The notes beneath the pieces were generated by a model, which saw only the letters and a list, made by a program, of their open reading frames with translations, did no database searches and was not told where the DNA came from. From positions 11,502,485 to 11,566,484 of the forward strand of contig NC_134027.1 of the NCBI RefSeq assembly GCF_964204645.1: a stretch of 64,000 nt of DNA, in the 5' to 3' direction. The position numbers were made by a program, and so were the translations under genes. Below are positions 1 to 12,639 of this stretch, piece after piece. Position 1 is the first letter of the stretch, and every line of letters starts with the position of its first letter. The DNA is from Tubulanus polymorphus. Lineage: Eukaryota; Animalia; Nemertea.

Positions 1-293
1 GAACTGATTCTTGATATCGGCAGCGTTCTATGAAAAATCGATGATATAAAAAAATCGATGAAAATCATCTCTACATTGTTATTAACAAATGCTGCGTGTT
101 GCAGTTGTTGAATTATCATAACTAAGCGTCCTGTAAAGCTTAGTTTCGAATTATAGGCCAAAATTAAATTTCGAAAATATTAAAAATTTAAGAAATCAAA
201 AACTGATTTCGACTGCGTCCGGAGGCATATCGATGAAAACCGACCCCACATCGTTATTTTCCACTTTCAACATTGGTAAGTCTATGATTTGAA

Positions 294-1298
294 TTATACC
301 GTGGATGCAATTGTATGTTCCGGAGTGGGTGGTTGACTCTTCGGAGGAGTAGGTTGCGTTGTATATCTTCGAAATATAGTATAGGCAACACAATTGAAAG
401 GACCTCCGAGATTCGTGAAAAACACTGTCGCCATGATCAGTTCTGGAGTCGGTATCGAAACCAAGGCCCATATCGAGTTAACGACGAAAGCGGTGTATTG
501 TAGAACGTAAGCCGACACGAAAACTGTCATCGAATGAGCGGAATGGTAAATTTTATGTTTTCTATGCATCATATCGGCGGTGTTGTGCATACCTAAACGG
601 TTTGTGGCGTGTTTTATGCGAATCCACGTGGTAAGATATAAGATACAGTTTCCGAAAAATACCAGGATCATGATGCTAGAATGCACCGAATTTAGAACTT
701 TCCACTTGGGGCTCATATCAATGAAACACCTGGAAAATAGAAAGCATCGGTGTTTAGTCCTTACCTTTCAATGAAATTTCAAAATTGTAGTTAATTCAAC
801 ATACCATGATCCGCTTGGTCCATAATAAGGCACCGAAACACCTATTATTCCAAAGATGAAAGGTAAACCCATTGGCACCAACCACAAACGCCAATCGTAC
901 ACGCCGAAACTCAACTTTTTATCCATGACTACCATAAGAAAAGTATTCAATGCAATAGCCATCGTCATCAGAGGAGTTCCGACGACAAATTGATTCAATA
1001 AGAATGCGAATACCAAGCATAGTGTCTTTGTAGGATAGGCCTGGTGTGCGAAAATGTATATATGATCCGATAAGTGGCTTACGTTGAAGAGCAAGTCACA
1101 AAATTGAAGATATATAACAAACCGTTCGACTCGTTTTTTTTTACGTAAATTACAAGCAGGCTGTTCGGTGAAAAGAACGGCAATCACCACAGTGCTAACT
1201 ATAATGCTGATACTGAGACATGATACAGCGATCGTGTGAATTGTGACAAATCCCGGTCCGGGGTGACCAATAAGCACATACTTTGAATTATTCATCAT
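294..1298 (-). CDS. Two-exon 7TM G-protein-coupled receptor (cAMP-receptor/GPR157-like), copy 1, about 309 aa
   Basis: Exons 1298-805 and 729-294 are joined by a GT-AG intron giving ...GPSGSW|CFI...; total 930 nt, in frame. Multiple hydrophobic helices, ERFVIYLQFCDLLF (TM2) and TNLGGPFNCVAY (TM7). Subfamily assignment is inference. Confidence 0.8.
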
Positions 1299-3424
1299 TA
1301 TTTCGACTTATTCGACAAGACATTTTCAGGTTATATACGGAGGATGTCCCGATGACGCAGATTCATTTCAGAAAAATGGTAAAACGGCCGAAAACCGAGC
1401 CGACTGGTGAAGATATGGGTTCCATCCGAGCATTAAACGATTGAATGATCTATTATCAAATTTACATCTATGTATGCGGATGTATTTCAGAAAAATAAAC
1501 AGGAATTACAATAAAACCCATGTAAGAACCTGGATTATTCATGCACTTCCCATAAAAAAAACAATAGTTACATTTAATTGCCTCTATACATGTTATCGTC
1601 AGATAAATCAATTGGTAAACTATTTTTCAATCACGTGAAATGAATGAACTTAGGCCGTTCTGAAATATAGGATTTTAAAGGTCAAAATTCTCTGTGAATC
1701 CAATTCCGAGATCGAGATGCTCATTATTCATGCTAAAAAAAGCCTGGAAGAAGTGCGGAACTGGCATTCAGTAGTTTATGATCGAATTTCATGCCTACTC
1801 GAAGAAATTTGAGCTGCTAGATTTCAAGCAAAACTTCATTCTCAGATATTTGAGCAAAATGTCCTAGCAATTTGATTCATTTTTTAAAGAAATATTGATA
1901 ATCAAAAAATCTTGAAAAAGTGAAGTCATTAAAAAGCAATTTGATTTGATTTTTATATGAATAATTGTTATCGATTATTGAGAAATCTTGAAAAAAAGAA
2001 GTCACTGAAAAGGTGTAGGTCGAACGAGAAACCTTGTACAAAATTTTTCATCTTGAAATGAGGATCATTTTCCCTTTTCCCAAGCAGAAAATTGATTTTC
2101 TCCGGATTATTACTATTATCACCATTATTACTGTACTTATTTGGTGTGCCCCGTACAAACACACACCTGCCGGGAACGAAGCAGGGGGTTCGATTTTGTA
2201 ATCGGAAATGGACGTATATGTAAGATATAGTTTGAAGGTCGGTCATATTTACATCAATTTTTTCAAATCGAACTACATAATTGGACATTTCAGTTCGTTC
2301 CGGTTCATGTTAACAATACTTCCGCCACCGGCAAGTGACTGGTGGGGGTATAATTGTTGTCGTATATAAGTTATTAGGGTAAAATGACGTAATTTCCCGG
2401 TGATTATTTCGAAAGAGTCTTCTCTCGAGTGGATCGTTGTCCTCCATGTTGTTTGTCCCGCACATTAATGAGATTATCCCTTATGAATGAAGCAAATTTC
2501 TAGTCGTGTACACACTAATTTTAAGTAGTTCTAGCAAATAATACATCCCTTTAAAATGTAAATTAACCTGTCTTCTTTCTACAGAAATATCTATTCTAAA
2601 CTTAGTATTTGTATATTTCTTCTTAGTGACTAGCTTACATATGGATAACAGAGAGGTATTTATATACATAGAGATCTTTGGTAATTACAAAATATTAAAA
2701 TTAGGGTTGAAATGCTGAATCCCGTATAATCTTGTTTTATACCTGATGAGGGGAAATGTTCCCGAAAAAAGTGCGTCATCAATAAACCTATCTCCTCATT
2801 TAAAAATGAGATTCATCGTATTTTTCGCTATATGCTTATAACACAGAAAACTGACCATTCTACACTTGGCTCAAGTAGGGTATTGCATAGTATAGTTCCT
2901 TCACGTATGCTTACTGCGTTGTTCGGTTTATGTGTATCCCAAAGAAAGTTGTCATATCGACACATTCACATCGCCAGCCATTAACATTCCATGTGTCAAC
3001 GTGTCGACGTATCTACCAACCAACAAATTAACTATTAACGATCTTTTAATTAACCTCATACACCAAATACACCACGTGACCAAACACATGATAAACCCCA
3101 TACTTAAAATATAAATTGCTTTTCTATTTTTCTTTAGTCAATTCCAGTTCTCTGATATTGATTTCAACACGGTTAAGCCTTCAAAATCACAGGAGATTCA
3201 TTATTTATTTTCAGCACTGTCAACGTGAGATGCGCCTCCAAAAAACAAACGTGGGGACGGTGAAATATGGCATTGTTCACATTGCTACAGAACGACGTCG
3301 ATACGTGACGGCTTTTTTTTTCAAAATCAAAAATGAAACTTTCGCAGCTGATGCTTACAGTTTACTGTTTCGGTTCAGATTTACTTCTCTTGTTTGTTTG
3401 TGTTTTGTGGTCACCCGTCAACCA

Positions 3425-3690
3425 GTCAACCCACGATCCTTGTACATACATTGGCGACAACATTGCGACGTGTCGTCCGTCGACCGTCAACCAACGGATG
3501 ATATAGGTCTATGCACTCTATTGTCTCTCATTTTTGTCACCACGATCCTTGTACATAGATTGGCGACAACATTGCATCGTGTCATCCGTCGACCGTCAAT
3601 CAGCGGGTGAGATATGCACTCTATCATCTCTCCAATGGGCCAACCAACAAACAACCAACAGTAGTCAACTGTCATTAGTCGTCGGTCAAC
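3425..3690. repeat. Short tandem repeat, about 110-bp unit, 2-3 degenerate copies
   Basis: CACGATCCTTGTACATA(C/G)ATTGGCGACAACATTGC...CCGTCGACCGTCAA recurs at about 3432 and 3541. Confidence 0.6.
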
Positions 3691-4165
3691 CTGTACATGA
3701 ACTGTTCCTTTGCAGCGCATTTATACCCAATTATCAATGTATTCATGCGCCAATGTATTAACGCGCTGATACATTACCGCACAACTTATTAACTCTACGC
3801 CAAGGCACTATACTATGCTATATCCGACTTGGGCCCTTCGGCCTTCGTTTCAGTCACGCACAATTTTGCCACAATTTTAGTCAAACCCCTTTGACCTTGA
3901 TAATCTCTGACCCAAAAATCTGTTTCATCCACACAGTAAAAGACTCTTCTTTACTAATATTAAAGAATACATCGTCAAATTTTCCTCCATAAATTCATTT
4001 CGGTTCAAATTTGAACGCAAACGATTTATGTTTGAATTAACTATCAATAAATGTATGCATAAAGATGTGTAAAAAAACCTGTCCTTATTTTCGGATGATT
4101 TATATGGGTGAAGGATTTTGCGTCTTTCACCTGCAGCAGAAATTTTCTACAAAGGGGTCTCATTG

Positions 4166-4983
4166 TGGTGGCTGATAAGGGCCATAGCGAAAAATTTCTG
4201 GTATGCAAATCAGGGCGCCAGAACGCCAGAACGCCAGAACGCCAAAACGAAAAAAACGTCCAATTTTCTCTGAAAGTCCATTTTGGCGCGCCAAAACAAA
4301 GATTATTCCGTTTTGGCGCCCCCGCCAAGACGAACTTTCATTTTGGCGCTCTCGCCAGAACGAACTTTCGTTTTGGCGCCCCATCAAAACAACGAAAAAC
4401 GTCGCAATTTCTCTGAAAGTTCGTTTTGGCGCGCCAAAACAAAGAAAATTCAGGTTTGGCCCGCCTTTCCGTTTTGGCACCCCTGCCAAGCCAAACATTC
4501 AACCACAGTAAAATTATTTTTCAATTTGGCACGTTGATCCTGTGTGTTATTTGCATAAATTTGCATATATCAAATGATTCTACGTGGTTGAAAGTTCGAT
4601 TTGGCGGGGGCGCCAAAACGGAATATTCGTTGTTTTGGCGCGCCAAACGAACTTTCAGAGAAAATTGGACGTTTTTCGTTGTTTTGGCGGGGGTGCCAAA
4701 ACGAAAGTTCGTTTTGGCGGGGGCGCCAAAATGAAAGTTCGTTTTTGTGGGGGTGCCAAAACGGTATATTCGTTGTTTTGGCGCGCCAAAACGAACTTTC
4801 AGAGAAAATTTGACGTTTTTCGTTGTTTTGGCGGGGGCGCCAAAACGGAATTTTCTTTGTTTTGGCGCGCCAAAACGAACTTTTAGAGAAAATTGGACGT
4901 TTTTTTTCGTTTTGGCGTTCTGGCGTTCTGGCGTTCTCATTTACATACCAGGAATTTTAGGCTATGGCCCTTATCAGCCACCA
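4166..4983. mobile_element. Foldback/MITE-type non-autonomous DNA transposon with long inverted arms and internal TTTTGGCGCGCCAAAA subrepeats
   Basis: Termini TGGTGGCTGATAAGGGCCATAGC ... GCTATGGCCCTTATCAGCCACCA are exact inverted repeats. The arms remain complementary for more than 300 bp. Confidence 0.85.
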
Positions 4984-5457
4984 TACGTAGGCCTAAACAA
5001 AAGACGCCGTTTTATCAGAACCGGTTCGTGAACCGGTATGATCAACGACGATTTTCCTACAAATCGATCTCAAACAAATGCGCCCACGTTCATACGGATG
5101 CGTGGATCTTCTCGAACGACTCATAAGAAAATAATCGACGAGAATTTCCAACCCACCCCTTAAACGATGGAGCACGGTAGTATCTAAGGGCACTGGAACG
5201 TATTACTCATCACAAAACACCTGATTGAAATATTCAAATTAATGCATAATCTCTGAACAAAATACGTATATACATCAATATTCACATCACTCTGTGTGGA
5301 ACTCTCTTATCCGTGTGTGTGCATCAACTACACTGTGTTTGTTGTTTTCGCAAAACGGATTACAGGAATATAATTTTGCAATGGGTACTACTCGTCCTCC
5401 TCATCTGTGGAGTAAAACAGTGGCAATGTTAAGTATGATTTGTAGTAGGTAGAAGGC

Positions 5458-5610
5458 TACCCCGGTACTTCCACAGTGTTGTGGGACTTACCCCAGTGGT
5501 TCCACAGTGTTGTGGACCCCCTGCAGTAGTTCCACAGCGCTGTGGGACTTACCCGGGTACACGTAGATCCACAATGTAAGGGACGTACCCCGGTATTTCT
5601 ACAGTTGTGG
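5458..5610. repeat. Minisatellite, about 31-bp unit with internal palindrome CCACAGTGTTGTGG, about 5 copies
   Basis: Direct head-to-tail copies of (TAC)CCCGGTACTTCCACAGTGTTGTGGGACT. Confidence 0.75.
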
Positions 5611-5643
5611 CATCCCGATCGGGTTTGATTATCATCATTTCAG

Positions 5644-7945
5644 CTGTGTTTGTGACAATTGAAGCAGGGAATGAACTGCAGTTGGGTCCACAGTGCAAGC
5701 AAAGTGTCCTAGTGTAAGTCATTCAAAAACTGATTGATGAAATAGATGTCCTTCAATATCTTCAATATCTTCATCCTGATATCAAGTCATTAATCTGATT
5801 GATGATTTTATATTCTAGGATGTAAACACTCTGGCGGATGCTGTCTGGGCTAGATCTCTAAAACAGGATGACCCGGGAAATAAGCTGTTTGAAAACGGCA
5901 ACCCAGTGCAGGGAATTCCAAACAGATACCAAGTAACGAAAGACGCGACGATTGGCGTCGTTTTAATTATAACAGGTATATCTCTCGACGCCCCTCGCCC
6001 TTCTTTCTATCTAGCTGCCAAGTTGCCCAGAAATGTGGTGTGAGACTTTTCATCGGAGGAGCACATTGTTACATACCACACCTGACTTGTCACCACAAAC
6101 TTACCAACTCCTAGTTACCACTGATCTAGTCAGTATGTCCGCCTTGCATGCCATAGGTCGCGTTCAGTTGGTTAGGGTTACGTACGATCTAGGCTTATGT
6201 ATTCATGCTTTTAGAAAACGTGATTTGATGACTTTCGAATAATTTTTTCGCGAGTTTCTACTCCGGCCCACCCAAAAAACTGGAAACTGAGTGAAACTGA
6301 ATGAGAATACATAGACCGATTCGTTTATCTTTTATAAAGGTTTGAACGTGTCTGATGCTGGGAACTACACGTGTTCTCTGAAGGGTAAACCTACAACAGC
6401 AGTTACTACGGATATCACTGTCATAGGTGAGCTGCCAGAGGTCGAGAATCCCTATCACTCCCTAACGTCGCTTGTGATTCACTCGAAATCCAGTCCAAGC
6501 TTAACTGGGCATTACAGTACCGGAACCTACATCCCTTTGATCAACATTCACCAATGTAACGCAGTGAAGTGTGACAAGTGAAGTTCGGAAACACGTATGT
6601 GAAGTGATGAATAGTCCTTCGATCTCAAATTGAGATTGAACCAATGTTTGAGAGGGATGTAGCCAGCAAAACCCACAGCACCATATTAAATTGTAAAGCA
6701 ACCTGTACATTTATTGGAAAGACAAGCATTTTTTTCATGAGAATCTTTTTAGCGCCCCCTGTTAGCGTCGGTTGGAGGAACTCACTCGGGTACCTACTAT
6801 CGAATGGTAGTGACGTCTGGTACGATCTAAGGCCGACACCAGCAATCCCTAAGACTCTGACCTGCGGGGCAAAATCATACACTGAAATGGCATCAATTCA
6901 AGTGTCGCTTGGTAATAGAGCAATGATGACAAGTGGCTTTCAGAGTGCCGTCACCCCGTGCACCAATTTGTAAGTAAAAGTAATTAAGAATGATGTTAAG
7001 GCGACCATCTTTGAATCAATGCTTAAGTTCGTTATTCCCTATAAAATGAAATTACTTTAATTTTAAGACATGGATGCGCAGATGCTGCCGTCATGTCGGC
7101 GAATGTTGATCTAAAACCAACGACTGTATCGTTTACTGATCACGGTCTTCAGCTCATTTGCGTAGCTAACCAACTGGATTATAATGCCCACAATCGACCG
7201 GAACAACAGAAAACTGCGGTGGTCAATCTGTTCATAAAATGTAAGTGATGATATATTAGTAAGTTAAATAATCGTTGGTGGTAAGTTTTTATAATCGAAT
7301 GGGCTTGTTTTGTGAAAATATCCATCCGGTCGTGAAACTAAACCACAGACAGGATGCTGACTAATGTAATATGAGGCCCTGTGTGCGCCATAAGGCAAAT
7401 TCCTGGGTTTAAACCCAGGTCTGGATTTACAAACAAAGTTTTATCTCCCTTTTCGTCTAATTTCCATTATTCTATTTTCACAGTTAATCCCGTGCTATTT
7501 GAGATAGATCCAGTAAACCCTCGCGTTAAAGTCGGAACTAAAGATTTCAATTTGACTGCATCTTTCTACGCCAATCCTTTACTGCAGAGTGATGTGGAGT
7601 TACGGTGACTGGAAAGCTCCGATACCAGCTATACAAAACACCAATCTAAGTATAGATTTTCTGAAAAGATGAACTTTGCCGAACCTATCAAAATCATTAT
7701 CTTCCATCCACTGTTTGCCTCTCGCTCGCCAGCGGGAAACTGTTTTGGAGGCAATCATACCGTGGCATGGGAGGATTTTTTGGATTTTCTATGACTATCC
7801 GTTCCCCACCCCTATAATTAACCATCCCTTAATTCGTAATCTTCCTTTCACAGATAGTTGGGATAAGAAGTCTGTCGATTTTGACGATTAAAGACTTCCA
7901 AAAGGCTGACGCCGGAGATTATTATGTGAAACCGTGTCCAGCAGT
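5644..7945 (+). pseudogene. Immunoglobulin-superfamily cell-surface protein (about 3 Ig domains), probably decayed
   Basis: AG/GT-bounded exons at about 5644-5711, 5819-5975, 6340-6426, 6753-6969, 7068-7240, 7484 onward and 7854 onward. They encode Ig motifs LIITGLNVSDAGNYTC, DHGLQLICVA and SILTIKDFQKADAGDYY. An in-frame TGA at 7606-7608 sits where an Ig Trp is expected. Confidence 0.6.
7256..7365. mobile_element. About 105-bp mini-MITE family (other copies about 46290-46397 and 49780-49895)
   Basis: Shared core AATCGTTGGTGGTAAG...GTGAAACTAAACCACAGACAGG, with imperfect TIRs GTAGTTAGTTACCTA / CAGGTTACTGACTAC. Confidence 0.55.
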
Positions 7946-8557
7946 TGGTAGTGAATGAAAGGTGACCTTTCGATCGTCAGGTATCTTTACTTATTCCTTT
8001 AGTTACCCCTCTTTAATGCCTGTTGGTTACGAGAGTATGCGGTTACTGAAAATGCTCCACCTGGTTTCCTCAGTTAACAATCTCATGGCTAAGTTAACCT
8101 ACAAATTGCCAATCAATTGATTCAATTTCATCTTATTTTATATTCATTTGTAAAATTGACATTTGGTTTGATCATCACTGGTGTCGTATCTTCAGTATTA
8201 TTACAATTATCGAAACTTTAAAGGCTAACACAGTAAACCTCGCCTAACCCGGACATGATCAACTTAAGACTTCTGTTCAACTCGGACCAAAAGCAATTGA
8301 TCTTCTGAATTCCTATAGTTTTCTGTACACAACACACTGCCCAACTCGGACTCGTTCAAGTCGGACTTTTGTCAACTTGGACAGAATTTCAAAGAATTTT
8401 TCATGTACGTCATAGGTGTTATGGTCATAAAGCACCAAGATGAAATCAGCAGCCAGACAACGAATCACTTGGTATTTCACGATACTGTTCGAAGTATATT
8501 TTAGAGAACTAAACTGTACACTAAGGTGCCATAGAATGAAATCTCGACATTCGTAGA

Positions 8558-9723
8558 CCAGGCGGCCCAAGTGTAGGATCCGATGAACTGTTTGACTGGA
8601 TGGTTAACTTGATGACTGGACGACCGAGTGACTGGATGACTGTACGTCTGGTCGACTGGATGACTGGGTGACCTAGATGACTGGGTGACTGGATGACCAA
8701 GTTACTGGGTGACTGTACGACTGGCCGACTGGATGACGGAGCAAGTGGATGACTGGACGACTGGTCCAATAAATGAAATGGTGGTGATGGAGGGGATGGT
8801 GATGGAGATTTTGGATATGGTGGTGCATATGGTGATGCTGGAAGTGATCGTGGCGATGGTGGTGATGATGGAGATTATGCGTGGTGCTGGTGTTGATGAT
8901 GGTGATGGTGGAGATGGTGGTGATGTTAATGATGACGATGGTGATGGTGCTGGAGAAGGTGATTGTGCAGATATTGGTGATAACGTTGGTGATGCTGGAG
9001 AAGGTGATGCTGGCGATGGTGATGATGCTGGAGAAGGCGATGGCGGACATGATGATAGTGATGCTTGGGAAGGTGGTACTGCTGCTGGTGGTGATGCTGG
9101 AGAAGGTGAAAGTGGTGATGGTGATGCCGGAGAAGGTGATGGTGGTGATAATGGAGACGGCGGTGATGATGGTTGTGATGGTGAAAGGGTATGCTTGTGA
9201 TGCTGGAGATGAACGGTGGTGATGATGCTGGAAAAGGTGATCGTAGTGATGGTGGAGAATCTGATGGGGAGATGGTGGAGACGGCGGTGATGATGGCAGT
9301 GATGCGGGTGATGGAGATGCTGGAGATGGTGGTGGTTGTGATGGTGATGCTGAAGGTGATGATGCAGATGGTGGAGATGATGGTGATGACTGTAGTAATG
9401 TTGGAGGTTATGTAGATGATGGTGATGGCGGTGATGCTGGTATGTGGAGATTATGGAGATTGTAGAGATGGGGATGATGTCACTCAGTCGACCCGTCATC
9501 CAGTTAACCAGACACCCAGTCATTCGGACATCCAATAATCCATTCGGCCTGTCGTCCAGTAATTTAGTCACCCAGTCGACCAATCGGCCAGTCACTCAGT
9601 CATCGAATCGACTACCTCTGTACGGTCTTTGAATCACGCCAGATGAAGAAACGAATCACTACCAAACGTACATTCCTACACTTCTGCACTTTTACCTCGT
9701 ATTCTACTCTTGGGCCGTCCAGG
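8558..9723. mobile_element. TIR-bounded element with inverted GACTGGAT 8-mer arrays around a (GAT/GGT)n low-complexity core
   Basis: Left end CCAGGCGGCCCAAGTGTAGGAT matches the reverse complement of the right end (CCTGGACGGCCCAAGAGTAGAAT). GACTGGAT-type array at about 8590-8765, its complement at about 9480-9610, and a trinucleotide-like core at 8775-9480. Confidence 0.6.
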
Positions 9724-10357
9724 TTACTTTAATCAATAGCACGAAATGGTAACATGAAATAGGAACGACCAATACCGTCCAGTGCCATGGCAACTACATC
9801 ATATATTTATACTAATATATACATGCGAATAGCAAATATATCATATAATATCAATACAAGTATGTAACACACCCCTCCTTAAAAAGAGATGTTGATATGA
9901 TTTCCCCTTAACACATTTTTTGTTTTAATCAAAATGTAAATTCCACGTGAGAGCATGTTAGCGACTACATTTCTTTTGCAAGGTAAATGTCTTATTCTTT
10001 TAATAATAATGAATAATGCAAAAAAATTATACCTTGTTTCCCATGATCAGCTGGGCCATTTTTGCAAACTGCAATAAAACTTCTAATCAGTAGTTCATTT
10101 CAATAACTGCGGGTACTTTATTGTCTGCTTGATCATGATTTAAAAAAGAGGTAGTATAGGCCGTAGGCGGCCGGAGCACAGTCTTCCTAACGCGCACACG
10201 ACACAAGGAAACCAGGGACAGAAACATGTTTCCCTGCGTCATGTGCATTGGGCTTAACAATATATTTCAAAAACTCAAGAATAGATCGCCTAAACCAAGA
10301 AATGATTCTTCAATCGAATCTTCATATATGGAGCCTTCACGATATACTTGTACACAT

Positions 10358-10489
10358 GGGGCCGGTTGCATAGTCATGGCTTAGACCAGTCTAAGACCAA
10401 CTTAGTTCGATAGCCAATCTAACAACTTAAGACCCATCTTAAGATTTAAGACCAGTTTTGGACTTAAGTCACGACTGTGCAACTGGCCC
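10358..10489. mobile_element. About 130-bp MITE with about 25-bp TIRs and internal TTAAGACC repeats
   Basis: GGGCCGGTTGCATAGTCATGGCTTA ... TAAGTCACGACTGTGCAACTGGCCC, flanked by AT on both sides. Confidence 0.75.
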
Positions 10490-10639
10490 ATGGACGCAAG
10501 CGGACTAAATACAGTAAACAGAATCACAATCGACCACTTTCGACGTACTATTAGCCTAACGCATTTTCTATTAGTTTGATATTGTACACCTACTTATCCT
10601 GGCTTTGACATTTGAGAAAAATATATAGACTATGACGAG

Positions 10640-10935
10640 GTGCACAGTTCTGTAAATCTGGTTCGGATGTTACGGGCTAGGGTTTGGCTGACTCCGGAGT
10701 GAGGTAAGATAAGTGGTAGACACTTTTTCGGGGGTTCGTTGGCCCGTTGTTGTTCTCATCGATCGCGTTCGGTGTGGTGCCGAAGAGGCTTTGATGAGTC
10801 GCAGTTCGCGGTCTTTGTAGCCACGACCTCTGAGTACTTTAAGGACGGTTCCGGACGCTGCGTGTAGGTCCGAATCGTTACTACCGGAGAATTTGAGTTC
10901 TAACTATACCGGAAAATGTGTGCTTAGGTCTAAAA
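10640..10935 (-). mobile_element. Decayed Penelope-like retroelement fragment (RT thumb/linker region)
   Basis: The minus strand reads PKHTFSGIVRTQILR...SNDSDLHAASGTVLKVLRGRGYKDRELRLIK...KCLPLILPHS across frameshifts. This resembles the HP..T...I...Q..R...L..RGY signature of Penelope/Neptune RTs. Confidence 0.55.
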
Positions 10936-11029
10936 ATTATACTTATTGATTTTTGGGAATAATTAATAAGGTGAAGATGTCCTCGAAACAGAGTACAAGA
11001 CGATCAGTATACGCGTTCACACGGAACCT

Positions 11030-11225
11030 AACTGGCGTGAGGGGCCTATTGTCAACCATCCTGTACTAGTGTGTAGGGTGTTTACCTGTCAACCGTCCTG
11101 TGGAGTCGTCACCTAGCTGGTGTGTAGGGTGTCATCTGTCAACCGACCTGTGGGGTCATCACCTCACTGGTGTGTGGGGTGTCATCTGTCAACCGTGCTG
11201 TAGAGTCATCACCCTAGTATATAAG
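11030..11225. repeat. Minisatellite, about 50-bp unit, about 4 copies
   Basis: Repeated GGTGTGTAGGGTGTCATCTGTCAACCG...GTCATCACC. Confidence 0.7.
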
Positions 11226-11269
11226 GTGTCGCGTGTCATCGGTCATCATGACGATGACGATGACGATGA

Positions 11270-11672
11270 TGGTAAATTTCGTTGGATTTTTCGATTGAAT
11301 GTCCTTTACAGACCCTCCACACCTGCCGGGAAACAGGGAGTTTCATTTTGAAATCGGAAATCGAAGTACAGATATAATTGTGTGATCGGCGGTCGGGTTG
11401 ACAGAAATTTTTATTTGTTTAAATCGAAGTACATAATTAGAAATTCGGTTCCGGTTCATTCAAACAATCTTCCATTCAGTCTGAACCGGCAAGCGACTGA
11501 TTGGGGTGAATTTACTTGGCTGCCTAATATATTACATCGAGATTTTGGAAATAGCTATATTACAAGGTTGAAGATCATTTTGTCCATTTTTATATTTTTT
11601 GGGCGTTTTCTACGTGTAAATAATCCGATAGTTTATTGTAGTCTTTCCTCGGGTAGATGTTGATGTAGAAGT
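11270..11672 (+). repeat. Dispersed repeat of about 400 bp; inverted partner at 16812-17145, diverged partial copies at about 2165-2350 and 19820-19940
   Basis: GGTAAATTTCG...GAAATCGAAGTACAGATATAATTGTGTGATCGGC...CCGGCAAG(C/T)GACTGA...TAGATGTTGATGTA matches the reverse complement of 16812-17145. Confidence 0.75.
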
Positions 11673-11829
11673 CCTCTAAGTTGATGACCCCGCGTGTTGA
11701 CTAGATAGAAAGGAAGCACATTTCGAAACACAAATTTGCCACATAAGAGTATCGGGGGTATCCGAAGTGTAGTTGTATGACATCGACGGTGCAGCTCCGA
11801 TGAGTCGGTTTCACCGTCAAGGGTGTAAT

Positions 11830-12200
11830 AAAACGAATATTTTCGTTTTTGCTCTGTAATATTTCGTTTTTGCGCGGTAAAATAAGTTTTTGCGCCCTAG
11901 CAAAAACGAAAATTGTTGTATTTGGCCCTTATCAGCCACCGGAGCTAAGGGCCAAATACAATAATTTTCACACGACGTCAATTATATAGAGCAAAAACGA
12001 ACTTTTCGTTTTTGCTAGGGCGCAAAAACGAATTTTACCGCGCAAAAACGAAATATTATAGAGCAAAATTAAAATATTAGTTTTTGCACCATGATTTTTC
12101 GTTTTTGTTCCATAAAATTCAAAAAGGAACTTTCGCTTTTACTACCGCACAAAAACGAACTATTATAACGAAAAACGCATTTGGCCCTTATCAGCCACCA
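11830..12200. mobile_element. Two abutting partial copies of the TGGTGGCTGATAAGGGCCA foldback family with GCAAAAACG subrepeats
   Basis: TTGGCCCTTATCAGCCACC ends at 11940 and again near 12199. A partial left end TAAGGGCCAAATAC lies at about 11946. Confidence 0.7.
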
Positions 12201-12639
12201 TACATACTGGTCAGTGTAATGAGAAGCAATTACTCTCTACCCCGTATTGGTTTTTGTTTTACGGATAATTCTGTTTCAAGTGGATTGCTTAGAGCGGAAC
12301 CTCCGCTCGGGAGAGGTGTGACCATGTAAGAGGCGTGGCAATTACGATAAGATTGACGTGTCTCTCGTTGCATGGCTTATTACTGCCACAGTTTGATCCA
12401 ACCTTGGAGACTTCAGTCTGATTACTCCAAGATACAACAGGAACACTGTATCTGACGATATCGGGCGATAAAACGTGTGGAAATCTGTTTCGAAAGCTGA
12501 TTAATTGTATTGGAAGGAACGTATTACATTGTATTTCAACTTTGCAGTAGTATCTTCGATGATAAAGTGCTCAAACTTTGTATAAATTACCTTTTTGTGC
12601 GAAGAATATTTCAGCCAAGAAGCGCTCCGCGTGTGTCAG

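Noticed and set aside
4044-5031. Many overlapping ORFs with FGAPK/WRAK repeats
   Set aside because: They are by-products of the palindromic subrepeats of the foldback element, open on both strands with no domain signature.
5458-5610. CRISPR-like palindromic repeats of about 31 bp
   Set aside because: The units are head-to-tail without unique spacers, there are no cas genes, and the context is a eukaryotic intron. It is a minisatellite.
8673-9595. Collagen-like (Gly/Asp) or His-rich protein ORFs
   Set aside because: There is no sustained Gly-X-Y register or splice support. Open frames are expected from a GAT/GGT repeat.
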